Part shown: piece after piece, positions 50,698 to 63,459 of the stretch
How the letters are laid out: the number at the start of each line of letters is the position of its first letter
Numbering within the stretch: position 1 is the first letter of the stretch
NCBI RefSeq assembly: GCF_023055435.1
Contig: NW_025963783.1
Coordinates: 558,001-622,000, forward strand
Length of the DNA: 64,000 bases
From: Haliotis rufescens
Lineage: Eukaryota
Reading direction: 5' to 3'
The notes under the pieces: model-generated
Databases searched by the model: none
The model's input: only the letters and a program-made list of their open reading frames with translations
What the model was told of the DNA's origin: nothing
Translations under genes and position numbers: made by a program

Positions 50698-50849
50698 GAG
50701 AGAGAGAGAGAAAGAGAGAGACAGAGAGAAAGAGAGAGAATGGATGTGAATGTATGTGTGTGGCTGCGTGTACTTGATTAATGCCGGTTTCATAGTGCTA
50801 GCCCACTGAGACACCATGCCACAGTTTAACATTCCTGAGAAACAATGTG

Positions 50850-51450
50850 TAAAATGCTGGACTTCCTCATTGATAACATCTATGTAAACTTTTTGGAAAG
50901 ACATTTATGTAAGACGTAGGCATCCCCACGTGTGCCAATTGTGCTCCACTTCTTACTGATCTGTTCCTTTATGCATATAAATAATAGTACATTGTTCAAC
51001 ACTATGTTATTTGGCCAAGAAGTTCAATTAATGCTTCAGGTATATCGATGATCTGATATCCTTCAATAACCATCAAGTAGCCAATTCCCTTCCATTGATT
51101 TACCCACCTGAACTAGAAATAAAGGAGACAAACCGCCTCATCTGTTTCATGTTCCGATCAATGCACAAAGATTCCAAGCGGAAAACATTCTCCTCAAGAC
51201 TGTATTGCAATATTCCTGCAGCTCCAGTTTTTGGTGTTTACATGTCGCAGCTTTTGAGGAACAATCGAGCATGTTCTTTGTACAAAGGGCGTCAAACGAC
51301 ACTTGCTCACAAGTTGTTTGATCAAGGTTACCACATTCATGGCCTCATGAAGCTTTCAAAACGTTCTATGGTAGACATGTGAAGGACATTTCCAAATTTG
51401 ACGCATCGGTGACAAAAATGATGTCCAATGTAATTCCTTGTTTTGACTTG
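50850..51450 (+). mobile_element. Penelope-like retroelement RT fragment
   Basis: IDNIYV..VGIPTCANCAPLLTDLFLY..FRYIDDL..IYPPELEIKET..NIPAAPVFGVYMSQLLR..KLFDQGY. Confidence 0.85.
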
Positions 51451-51740
51451 TAACATGTTCCCGTGTTTGTTATGTGAACAATTGACTTGCCTTTGCATGT
51501 GTTTTTTTACGGTTGGGACAGGACTCGCTAGACTTTTCGCTAAGACCTCCCATCATCACAATAAAACACAGGCTCCTGATATAGTCATTTCAGCCGAGAT
51601 TTCCTGTGAATATGGCAAGGCTGTGTCGCTTTTTCTTGCAGAGGGCGATGAGAACAAAAACACTCATTGTCTCATACTAGCCATATATATTCACTAATTA
51701 AATAATTGAAATGTGAAAAGTCCCATCTTGACGATTTAAG

Positions 51741-53376
51741 CAACGACAGCACCGACGACGACAACAACACCGCCTCTTCCCGTCTGTGAGGACAAACTAT
51801 CAACATGCAGCATCTATAAGTCTGTCTGCGAGTCGGACACACAACAGAGGTGGGCGCTGTTGTACTGTGCCAAGACTTGCCACCTGTGTAGTAAGTCAGC
51901 TCACGACGATACACTAATACTACTTGTATACATGTACATGTGTATTCATGTGTAGATAATCATGTCAGTCTGGTCTGATTTCAGTTAGTATATATAAAAT
52001 ACAAATGTCCTAAGATGAGCTGTATTATTTACTGAACCGGTTTCATGAATGTGATTTTCAGGAGTCAATACTTAAAGTCTGAACACATCTAAGGGATATT
52101 AGAATGAGTCTAAGACTGACATTACGTGTCAAGGTGGCTACACGTACAGCTGATGTTGTAAAGCTAACGTATTATATATGTGATAATTGTCTCTCCACAT
52201 GAACTCCCTACCATTGTTTCACTGGTTTTCGTTCTTTTTGTCTGTCTGTCTCTTTTTGTCTCTCTGTTTGTCTGTCTGCATGTCTGTCTGTCTCTCTCTC
52301 TCGCCCCATATCCTACTCTCTATACCTCTCCCCCCAATACCCCAATCTCTCAACTCAGGATCATTCTAAATGTCTACATGATTCCAACTCCAGACAAGAC
52401 GACAGTGGCGGTAACACGACCAACAAGGGCATTTACTGGTAGGCATCCATTAAAGTCCAGTTCTGCTACTCCTTACATCAAATACTGACATATTATATAC
52501 TGACATTTTGCTCTCACACGAGGGATACGGGACGTCGGTATGTAGTGTGTAGAAGATATAGTGCATTGTTTAATGTGTGTGGCATGTGGTGTATGTTGTT
52601 TGGGGTGAAGTCTGTAGATATAGTGCTAAGTTGCAAAATGTGTGTGGTGTGTGATGTGTAGTGTGTAATGTGTATAGTTTGGGGTGTAGTGTGTAGTATC
52701 TTGTGTGTAGTGTACAGTGTGTTGTGTACATTGTTAATCTCCGAGCCGACCAGTCCTTGTTTTAGCCCTTGATACCGAGCGCCAGGCAGAGTAACAACAA
52801 GTACAATCTCTTAACGTCTTTTGGTATGACGCGGCCGGGGATCGAAACCCGAACATTCTACTCTCCCGGCTGACGCTCTACCTCTAGACCACGGAGGCGA
52901 TCCGTTAATGCTGTGGACGTGCATCACCTTCTGCATAGAGCATTGTTTGGACGATGTGTTTGCATTGATTTAGTTTGAACTTGCGTTTTTAAATTTTTTA
53001 AATTTTATTTGTAAATTTGTTTCTTTTGGCCGCCTGTTTATATAGTGTTTTGTGTAGAATACGTAACGTGTGGCGTGCAGTGTATATTGTATAGCGTGTA
53101 GGACATAATATACCAGTATATATGGGCCGAGGAGTTTTCTCTTTCCAGTCCGTTCCACAACCCATAATGAAGTTCCTTACCAATGACAATGTCAAAAAGT
53201 ATTTCGTAATACTACAGTGTTTTAATGTCATACTGCCAGGGGCTACAGTACGTCACACGCTGCCGGCGAACTGTGTCAACAAGTGGAGCAACTGTGACTC
53301 CTACCCTCACTCGTGTGCGCCAGTGTACAAAGACTGGGCGTCCGCCAACTGTGCCCGCTTCTGCAACTTGTGCTGA
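51741..53376 (+). CDS. ShKT-domain protein, last three exons (51741-51890, 52394-52438, 53240-53376); 5' end not found
   Basis: Phase-1 exons: TTAPTTTTTPPLPVCEDKLSTCSIYKSVCESDTQQRWALLYCAKTCHLC / NKTTVAVTRPTRAFT / GATVRHTLPANCVNKWSNCDSYPHSCAPVYKDWASANCARFCNLC*; two six-Cys ShKT motifs; ATTAAA about 80 bp downstream. Confidence 0.85.
52738..52902 (-). mobile_element. tRNA-derived SINE family C, 5' half, in ShKT intron
   Basis: Reverse complement cgcctccgtggtctagaggtagagcg...tcgatccccggccgcgtcataccaaaagac...gcctggcgctcgg...gactggtcggctcggag. Confidence 0.8.
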
Positions 53377-53813
53377 GCGTCTTGGAATCTGTACCGAGAA
53401 GATGAGGGACGCATTGAGTCTGCACTGCGGGATTTGTTTGCTGTATTACACATATTAAATTACCATGTCAGATGACATCAACATACGTCGAATATATTGC
53501 CTCCAAACAAGGCTATTATCAGAGAGTGGGCCTTTCTTTTTACTAATCTAGATGGTAAACCATGTATACTGTCTCAGTTAGAGTCAGCCGTAGCCTTTAT
53601 GAGTTTAGGGTAATTGGTTTCAACACATTTACATTCACCGCAGACACAGAGAAGATGTAGTTAAAAGAATGTTTTCTCAATTAGATTTGTAACAGCTGAT
53701 CTCCTTCGGTATTACGATTGATGAACGTACGTTACACGCAGGACCAATATGACTACAGAGGGGGAGGGTGTTTTGTGATGGGGCTAGGGTTGAGGGGTAT
53801 TGGGAGGAGTCGG

Positions 53814-53814
<1 letters not shown>

Positions 53815-53896
<82 letters not shown>
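53815..53896. repeat. (GT)n microsatellite
   Basis: Read directly. Confidence 0.97.
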
Positions 53897-53898
<2 letters not shown>

Positions 53899-54029
53899 TG
53901 TGAATGAGTGATTGTGAGAGTGAGCTTTGCCTTGATTATGATGTTTTTGCTGCCCGCACCATGCCCGTGCCTGTAGTTTCCCAACCTGTTTAACTCAAAC
54001 GCCTTTCAAAGTTTACCATAACTCACTCG

Positions 54030-54272
54030 CTGAAAGACTTTAACACCGCTTGATTAACAGTATTTCAGTTACATCACGCCGGCAGAGTGTTTGTGGACGG
54101 ACTCGATGTAGTTAATAGACGTTTACAACTTTGGTGAAACCCACGTGCACAGGTATGGTGCTGACAACCCTAGAAACAATCAGGGCGAATCTGTGATACG
54201 AACTAACGACATCAGGCATGGTCTAAGGGAAGCAACTCTGCACAGTCTATTACGCGCCTTACACAACTGAGC
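54030..54272 (-). mobile_element. SINE family A, degenerate
   Basis: ggtgaaacccacgtgcacaggtatggtgctgacaaccctagaaaca...gcaactctgcacag. Confidence 0.7.
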
Positions 54273-55987
54273 TCCTAGTTGGGAACTGAGCCAAACTGAA
54301 TGGAATCAAATATTCTTTACATTACTTTTGACTCATGTGATTCATGCATAGGAAATGTAGGATGATCATATCGGAATCGAATAAGTCAATTCTTTCAAAT
54401 AGTTCAATAAATTACAGATACACTGATAAACAATAAATAGACGACAAACATCAGGAAAACGAAACACTGTTGTGGATTATACACTGGACGCGTCCCTGCA
54501 TGTCAGTTGCGATCAGTGTTTTACCTGCAGTGACTAGACTGGTTACCAGTATGTGCGCATCAGATAACGCATACCAGTTTAGCGAACCCCCCTTCGACAC
54601 GCCGGGACACAATCGACATGGCGTCAGGCAGACTTGAAGAATGAGAGGTTAAAACTACTGACAATTAAAGGTAATGTGAGCATTGGCAACATGGAAGTGT
54701 GTGTGACGTCCCGTATATACTTGATCAGTGTGACATGCCACAGGTATGTGGATGGTGTGAAAATAGCTTCATACTTCCTGGTTGGACATGGCCGTACAGT
54801 CCCTGCCGTGTGTTGTATGATAAGAGTGAGTTACAGTTTATTTTGAACATTGCAACAGCAAAATGTCAGCAATATCGATCCAGATCCATTGTCAAAACTT
54901 GTTTTTATTCAAAGTAACAGATGCCAGTGTTATAAGACTACACGAGTCCATCTATTCCTAGAATAGAAGGGCGGATCAAGCATTTCTGGGGAGGGGTCCA
55001 ACATATCCAAATCCTCGTTCAGATAAGTTTACTGCCTACACAATTTTTTTTTTAAAAGAAAGAGGAGGGGGACCTTGGACACCCCCCATCCCTCCCTGGG
55101 TCAGCCAACAGAATCAAAGATTCTACTTTCGTTATGCAAATGTGCTGGATTGAGTCATGTCCATATATAAGCATTTTACGGACGTTTCAACATGATTGAG
55201 CTGGCGGTGGTTCATGCAAGGGGTGTTACACAAAACTGAAACTTGTCGTAAACTTGCGATGTCCTGAAACCAACCAACCAACCAACCAGCCAATCAGTCA
55301 ACAAATCAATCAGTATGTTTTCATGATACGGATGAGGCCAAAGGCCGGGTTGTTACAAGTTCTCAGAGCATTACAAATGAACAAATATATCATTCTTATG
55401 GATTCTGTGCAATATTTTGCAAAATTTGTTAACATTTCCATTGATTTCTGGACTAATTACACATTTGTTGCAACTTGTACAAAGTCTATGTTTTCTTAAA
55501 ATATTTGCACAATGCCACTTTCAATACATAAATCACGTGAACTATAATGGTGTCCAGAAAGAGCTATGCAAACTTATGTCAAATTACAATTTAGAAGATA
55601 ATGTTCTACTATTATAGTAGTCTTGAATATAGTCCTGCACCATTACTGTGGAATATGTATTTCATAAAAGCCAAACCTATCTAGTTTTATATAAAAACAA
55701 GTCTAGCCAGTCCTAGGCAGCTGTAACAAGCCCTATGAAATCAGCATCAGGAAAATTAATTGTTTTTATTTAGGAAGAGAGAAATGTTATGTGTAATAAA
55801 ATATTTCAAAGACGATATATTAGTCTGTCACAGTGTTAGTGTAGTAATTAGCTTTGCTGGAGCTGGACAAGTCATTACTTGAAATTATGATAAAAAATCT
55901 TTCACTTCACCTCAACTGAAAATATGAAATTCACAAAAGGGTCAAAATCTAAAATTGTTTGTTCATAAATATGTTTTACTATTACAG

Positions 55988-58787
55988 ATGGCGATGCACA
56001 AGACATTGACAGACAACTTCTTGACGTGCAGCATCTGCATGGACGTCTTTGATGACCCCTGTACACTTGTGTGTTATCACACATTTTGTCGGAAATGTGT
56101 CGTTAGCTACACTGAAACCAGACCAGAAGCCATCAGTGCCAAGTCTCTCCTCTGTCCATTCTGTCGTAAGATGACCAAAGTAGCCGACTCAAACAGGCCA
56201 GTTGAAGAGTGGGCACAGGAGGTGAAACCCAGCTTCTTGATTCAGGGTCTCATGGATTCCTTCGCTCCCTGCAGTCAAGGTATAAGTATACACCAGACCA
56301 TGGTGGTTGGACTTCCACTCAATCCATATAACATTACTTGAATATCTCTGTCATTTCTTTCAGTGGCACACTATTGGACCTGCAGTCAATCCTGTAACAT
56401 ATTTGCTCGTTTGCTCGTTTGAGACAAATTATTGATTCTGAAGTAATGTAATTGACCTTGTCTGGTCACAATGCCACGTAATGTTAACGCCTTTATTATT
56501 GCATACGAACACAAAAATACATTTCTCAATTTATTGTTGTATTAACGTAATTTTGTAATTTTCAAGTTTAATAGAATTATATTTTTAGTGATATTCTAAC
56601 ATGTCATCGCAAGAATGACTTGTAAGCTTTTAAAGACGAGTGCTACTTGTAGTTTTTTTTTATTACCAGTTGATAGGTACATAATTTTAACAGGTACTGT
56701 ATTTTCTATGTTGGAATTCCAAAATGAACCAACCTAAACGTGAAATGCGTACTTGATTATTCCAGTTATACATCGCGTGTCAGTTTGATGTGTGTGAAAA
56801 ACTCGATCCGATGTCAAATGTCACTTTGGTGAAACCCACGAGCACACGAATGGTACCGACATACCATGAAACATAATGAGGGCGACTCTGGGATTTGAGG
56901 GATGCAGACATGCAGATTTAGAAGACTGCGTCACTGGTGCCCCTTAAATGGGTACTGATAAAGGAAAGGATAATTGTGTTTATAAAGATGACGCAAATAG
57001 GTGCTCTTATATTCATATTTTCTATTCATGTGAAGCACTTTATAAGTGCATCCTAACAGAACCTATATTTCTCTGTACACCACCTTAAAAAATATCTATG
57101 TCAGCATAATACATGTGTATCTTTCTTTTCAGCAACAAATAACTGCAACTTATGTGATGAGGACGGGGAGACAACTCCAACCAATGCTTGGTGCGTCGAA
57201 TGTAACGTCCCACTCTGTGATGGATGCCTGAAGGCACATAGACGTATCCCTGCCTCCCGTCACCATGACGTATCTGACTTGTCACGGGATGTCAAGGTGA
57301 AGAAAAGACGCAAACGTATGTGTAAAGAACATCCAGATCAGAGGATTCAGTTCTACTGCAAGGACTGTAAGAAACTGCAATGTCAATCGTGTTGCATCTT
57401 GTATCACAGAAAGTGTTAGTCCATTGTCTCGCTTGAATCTGTGTTGCCTGAAATGCAAAACACTCTTCAAAATGTAAAGCAGAAACTAGAGTCTGATTTA
57501 GCAACATCAAACACTCGCCTTGCAAAGAAGGAAGCACAATGTACTGAAATTAACGAGAACAAGTCCAGCCTTCAGTCTCAGGTCCGATCAGCAACCCACA
57601 CCGCCATTGACTTTATAAAGAAGAAGGAAAGACAACTCCTGGAACAAATAGATGACGTCACAGAGAAACAAATAGGACAGCTGAAAGGAGACATGAAGCG
57701 TGAGGAGATGTCCAGGCAGAAGATTCGTCAACACTCGGAGTTGCTGGGCAGAGCTCTGGAGTCTGAGAGTGACGTGGACATCTGTGAGATGTATCTGTGG
57801 AGTGAGTCGGAGGAGGCAGCCACTGTGTGTGTCCCGGAGTCAGGTATGGAGGATGTATCTGGGGGCAAGGCTTGTTTCATACACGATCGTCATCTGATGT
57901 GTGAGGAACTAAACGATCTACACTTGGGTGTGATTGATATCATTGTTGAAGATGTTTTTGATTCTACATCTACAGCAGTTCTGTATGACACAGTGGACAT
58001 ATATGCAGAAGATGATAAGGAAAAACCCGAAGCTTATGACGTGGCAGTGTTTGTTGTCGACAACACAGACACTATAGTTGTCACAGATTACAACAATTGT
58101 GTGAAATCCTTCTACAAAAGAAACAAGAAGTCATGTCAGAGTAAGCTGGGGTTACAAAGCTCCCCTCGACGTATTGCTAAAATAAACAACAGTAAAATGG
58201 CTGTGACTCTCCCTGACACTAAGAAAATAATAATAGTAGAAGTGAAGCCTGAGCTGGTTCTTCAATCAACCATCTCGACAAGGAAGGGGTACCACGGTCT
58301 GACATCCCTGACACCCACAACCCTGGCAGCAGGATCCGTGGATCCTCCCTGTGTGGACATCCTGGACATGGCGGGGAATGTGTTGAGGACCCTGGATCTT
58401 GTCACAGATGGAAGGAAACTTGTATCCAATCCTTGGTTCCTCAGTACCACCACGCAGGGTAACATCCTCGTGTCTTGCGATGGATTCGTAGCTGGCAGAG
58501 TCCTCTGTGTGACGCCTCATGGAGGTGTTGTGTTTACGTATCAGCCTTTACAGCAGAGTCCTTCCCCTCGTGGAATCACTGAAACCAACAAAGGACATAT
58601 CCTGGTTATAGATTGCACTGCAAAATGTGTGATTCAACTCAGCGCTTCTGGGTCGTTTGTGAGGGAAGTGTTGACGTCACGTGATGGTATTACATCTCCG
58701 TATTGTCTCTACCTGTCTGAAAGTCAGCACCTGTATGTCATCGATGGTTACTGTGTGAAGATCTACAGATTTACAAGAAACACCTAA
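55988..58787 (+). pseudogene. TRIM-A2: RING exon 55988-56279, exon 2 57133-58787; single in-frame TAG at 57417-57419
   Basis: RING CSIC..CYHTFCRKC..CPFC, phase-1 GT-AG intron, two B-boxes, coiled coil, NHL-like repeats; GAG in A1 is TAG here, otherwise open. Confidence 0.9.
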
Positions 58788-59119
58788 GATGTGGAAGCAT
58801 AACGGTTGTTCCTGATAGAATCCGTCACCATCTGAGTGACAATAGTTTATGTAAATATGAATTTCCAATACAAGAGAACAATCAGTCTAGACTGTCCGCC
58901 GAAACAGAATAAAATTTGACGTAAAGTGCAAAATAGTTATGAAATTTATATGGATGGACCAGTGATATTGGGTGATGACACCAGGTGTTCGCGAAAAGGG
59001 TAAGCATGCCCGGCAAACAAATATTCTGTTACTGAATGTGCATGTATTGCGTGTATATTTAGGTTAGCGGGGAGGGGAGGGCGGATTTCGGGCAAGAGCA
59101 AAGGTCACCAACAACGTGT

Positions 59120-59305
59120 GCCAGTTGTTGGAGGCGACTTAATGGATCAGGTGACCTGGTTGATTGTATGTCATCGTATCCCAAATACATGGATCGATGC
59201 TCATGATATCAATCACTGGACTATCTGACCACACTGGATTAATTACAGCCCACCCTCATATAGCTGGAATATTGCCGAGTGCTGCTACGAACAACAAACA
59301 AACAA
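59120..59305 (+). mobile_element. SINE family B, present only in unit 2
   Basis: gaggcgactt...ggatcgatgctcatgatatcaatcactgga...ggaatattgccgagtg. Confidence 0.75.
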
Positions 59306-60627
59306 TTGGCGCGCATTTTTTGTGGCATGTAAGCAACTGCTAAAAAGTAAAGCCTTGTTGCCTCGTGAAGTATATAATTATATATTTGTAAATACAATAA
59401 AACTCTGATAATTAAACCATTAACCACTTCCTGTCAGTTTAAGTGTATTTGTAAACATGTACATGCATAAACAGGTGTTTACATTTCTCTCATAATAAAA
59501 GTGCAGTCACTACCTTTGTACAGATTGTCTTTCTTGTTTAAATGAATACATCACACACACCACACCACTATGGAATCCGTTCTACGACGGGAATATATGT
59601 TAGAAGATGGGAAAAGGGATCGTTTCAGCGCTTGGTTCTTTTCGTGGAACACGACGCATGTCTTTGTAACAAACATCAGTCAACGCTTTGTGATGTGAAG
59701 GGAGAAATGGTGGTTAAAATCTCATGTGACCCCGTTACTTACAAATACATATTGTTTCCATATATAGTGATGCTGTTTTTTTCGTTCATCCAAGGACAAG
59801 TTTAGAAAATCTGAGCGAATGTGTCTGTTCGTCGACACCAACCACAACACTGCCGACATAATCCCACGAAACAGTCGTGAATGCCATGGTTATCTATCAA
59901 AAGTATGGAAAATAGTTTACAGAAATACATCCGTTTCATCGACAGTATTAATACCTCACCAAGGCTCTGAACTCACTATACACCACTGGGGACAGATAAC
60001 ACGTACTTCCTCGTTGCCCAAAGGTTATTTCTCGAAATTATCAGTTTGTTTCAATCGATAAAACGGTATATGATTGGCTACGGATGTGTCGTGAATTGCC
60101 AAAAGAATCCTACATAGCATATATGTCTCTGTTCTCGAAATAATATTCTGCCCAGATCATATAAATATAAATGGCAAATGTTTCCATATGTTATTTTTAA
60201 CCGTTTATTTGGCGCAGAATCGACTTGTGATTAAGATTGCTAAACCTATAGATGCAAGTGCGACATCCGCGTCGAAGCAGGCTTAGTTTCTCTAATGGCA
60301 GCTATGTTTCAATAAAAAAGTCACCAATTATATATGACAATGTCCATTCTTTAATTTCACATTTGATTTACCAGGGGTATTTATGTTTATTGCTATATCT
60401 CATATTCTGTTTTGACTCTCGATGCGAGATATTATGGTTCAGTTTTCACCGGTGTTTCGTTGTCGGGAACAACAGTGACGCCATCAACTGTTTGAATGTT
60501 TGGCAGAGTAAGAGATGGGCTTTATACATTGTATCCATGCGGGCACTAGGACCCATGCCTCTGGCGTGACAAGCCAAGCTTTAACTACTAGTCTACCCCT
60601 CCTTTACGAACACCCCCTCCCGCGCCT

Positions 60628-60850
60628 TCGGGAAGATCTGTGTTTGAATCTTCAGAAACCCATGCTTGTCGTATGAGTTGACAAACGGGATCGGGTGGTC
60701 AGGCTCGCTGACTTGGTTGATGCATGTCACCGTATTCCAATCGATCGATGGTCATGATGTTAATCACTGGAACTTCAGACCGCCGTCTTGTAGCTTGAAG
60801 AGTGTTGAGTGCGGCGTTAATGAACCTACCGTCCAACCATCAAACAAACA
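60628..60850 (+). mobile_element. SINE family B, present only in unit 2
   Basis: cccatgcttgtcgta...cgggatcgggtggtcaggctcgctgacttgg...gagtgcggcgttaa. Confidence 0.8.
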
Positions 60851-60996
60851 GTAAGCTGTAGCAATAGGTGACTGATATATTAAGGTGTTATGAAGAAATG
60901 AAGCTTTTCTCATTTTGACGTGACAGTTTGACTCCGTTGGATACATATCCGTGAGGTATTAGTGATTTGTTTGTTTGTTTGTTGTTTATCGCCGCA

Positions 60997-63050
60997 CGTA
61001 CAGACGCCTCCGTTTATCAAAGTACAGACCATAAGGGAAAGTGATGCCATCCCTTGACGTCAGTACGTCTCTCAACCATGTGCCCGAACTACTCGTCAAC
61101 AACAAGCATGTCGCCTGTGTTTGTTCCAGTGATGCCGCATGGATTCATTGCTCGGTGTTGTCCTGTGGGTACATAATTAAACACAACATCTCCGTTTGGT
61201 GTCATACATAGCACATGACTTCTTGGGGCATGACTGCAAGATACCAGGATGTAACCTTGACTGGTGGTAGATAGGAATAAAGGATCTGATACAAGGGTCC
61301 CCCCTACTATGACAGGATTCAGCGTCCTCAACACATTCCCCGCTATGTCCAGGATGTCCAAACAGGGAGACGACCCGGATCCTGCTGCCAGGGTAGTAGG
61401 TGTCAGGGTCGTCAGACCAAAGTACTTCTTCCTCGTTGAAATGTATGATTGAAGAACAAGGTCAGGGTTCACTTCAATCACTATTATCTCCCTTGTCTCG
61501 GGAAGGGTCACGGCCATGTGATGGGCATTAAGTTTTGCAATCCGCCGAGGGGGGCTCTGAACAGAGAGCTTACTCTGACAGGGTTGAGTATTGCGTGTGT
61601 AGAAGGATTTGACACACTTGTTGTTATTATCAGTTACAACTATGGTGTCTGTACCGCCTTCATTGAACACTGCCACGTCATAAACATGAGGTAAACTTGT
61701 CTCATCTTCTGTTCGTATGTCCACTGTGTCGTGTAGAACTGATGTCGATGTAGAATCAAACACATCTTCATATATGGTATCAAATTCACCCAAGCTTACC
61801 TCGTGTATATTGTTACAGATCTCTTCACAATCATGCATAAAACATACTTTCTCTCTCAGTTCATATTTTATATCTGAATCTGGGTCGTATACTGTAGGAA
61901 ACTCCTCTGACTCACACCACAGGTACATCTCATAGATGTCCATTTCACTTCCAGACTCCAGAGCTCTGTCTATCATCACAGAGTGATGACTTGTCACCTG
62001 CTTGGCCATCTTTTCAGGCTTCATTTCAGTTTTCACTCGCTCGATGTGTTTCTCAGTGGCGTCATCCAGTTGGTCCAGGAGTTGTCGTTCCTTCTTCTTT
62101 ATGGCTTCTGTGACTGTCTGGATTATGGATCGGATCTGACACTGAACGGTGACTCTGTTCTTTATTACCTCAGTCCGTTTGGTTTCTAAATCTGTTAGCA
62201 AACTGTCTGTTGCTTGTAAATGAGACGCTAGTCTTTCCTTAACTCCTGTAACACAGCTGATCAGTTCTGGCATAACGGATTCAAACGGTAAAATTGTGAT
62301 ACAGGATCACTTTCTGTGATACAGGATGCAACAGGATTGACATTGCAGTTTCTTACAATCTTTGCAGTAGAACTGCATGCTTTGATCTGGATGTTGCTTA
62401 CAGAATGGTTTGCGTCTTTGGTTGATTTTGACCTCTGTGGACAAGTCAGATTCGTCATGGTGACGAGTGGCAGGAATACGTCTGTGAGCCTTCTGGCATC
62501 CCTCACAAAGACTGATGTCACAGTCAGCACACCAAGCAGTAGCTGGAGGTGCCGCTCCTTCATCACCACATAGGATGCACTTCGGGGTATCTGCAAGTAT
62601 ACATACAAATGTGTCAGTTATTTTTCAACAATAGAACTATAATGTTACGAAATAACCTTTAACCTTTCAATGTGCATACAAGGAATTCACAAACCAGGGA
62701 TATGAAGAACGTAGCAATGTTAGGATGAGTTCAGCACTGGTAGCCTATTCGGAAACACCTTTTGTCTTGGGATTAAATGAATCCAAGAGACCCTGAATCA
62801 AAAAGCTGGGTTTCACCTCCTGTGCCCACTGTTCAACTGGCCTGAGTGAGTTGACTACTTTGGTCATCTTACGACAGAATGGACAGAGGAGAGACTTGGC
62901 ACTGATGGCTTCTGGTCTGGTTTCAGTGTAGCTAACGACACATTTCCGACAAAATGTGTGATAACACACAAGTGTACAGGGGTCATCAAAGACGTCCATG
63001 CAGATGCTGCACGTCAAGAAGTTGTCTGTCAATTGTCGGTGCACTGTCAT
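60997..63050 (-). pseudogene. TRIM-B2: RING exon 63050-62759, exon 2 62590-~60997
   Basis: Intact RING and B-boxes; TGA at 62307-62309 created by a small templated insertion; 26-bp deletion at about 61094; C-terminus lost at about 60997. Confidence 0.92.
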
Positions 63051-63379
63051 CTAAAATGTTAAGAGAGTAGATATGATACAACGATCTTTAAAGACATGAA
63101 GTAGTTTGTGCTCATGTTCCTCCGACACATGTTCATATTCCAATGCCTATCAATGACAACAATGCTGAACAAAATATAAAGGCGGTCAGTAAGTGAGAGC
63201 TCAGTTCGTGAGTTACAGTTTTGTGGATGAAAATATTAATGCCTGAAAATAGCTCTCATATCACAGTTCCCAAATAATCACTCCACAATACAAAGACAGA
63301 GTTATGTTTTGGAACGCGTTATTGCGTTATTGAGCGAATCCCTTAAGGTGCACATGTGTGTCTATTGGATGCATGTGTA

Positions 63380-63381
<2 letters not shown>

Positions 63382-63455
<74 letters not shown>
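63382..63455. repeat. (GT)n microsatellite
   Basis: Read directly. Confidence 0.97.

Positions 63456-63459
<4 letters not shown>

Larger units (their letters stand above)
43402..50830. repeat. Segmental duplication unit 1 (TRIM-A1/TRIM-B1 pair); paralogous to about 56864-63575
   Basis: Colinear high similarity of exons, introns and intergenic spacer; offset 13454 bp at the TRIM-A exon 2 acceptor. Confidence 0.92.

Noticed and set aside
50596-50904. RE-repeat and SL-repeat ORFs
   Set aside because: Translation of a (GA)n microsatellite and SINE sequence
54600-54670. Candidate non-coding first exon of TRIM-A2 (aaag/gtaatg donor)
   Set aside because: Plausible because the ATG directly follows an acceptor, but unsupported without transcripts
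9207-57419. Recurrent single in-frame stops as a sign of a variant genetic code
   Set aside because: All three stop types occur, together with frameshifts and deletions, and normal genes here end in TAA or TGA
62307-62309. TGA at a Cys position of B-box 2 as possible selenocysteine
   Set aside because: It arises from a local templated insertion, the gene has further lesions and has lost its 3' UTR, and I see no SECIS
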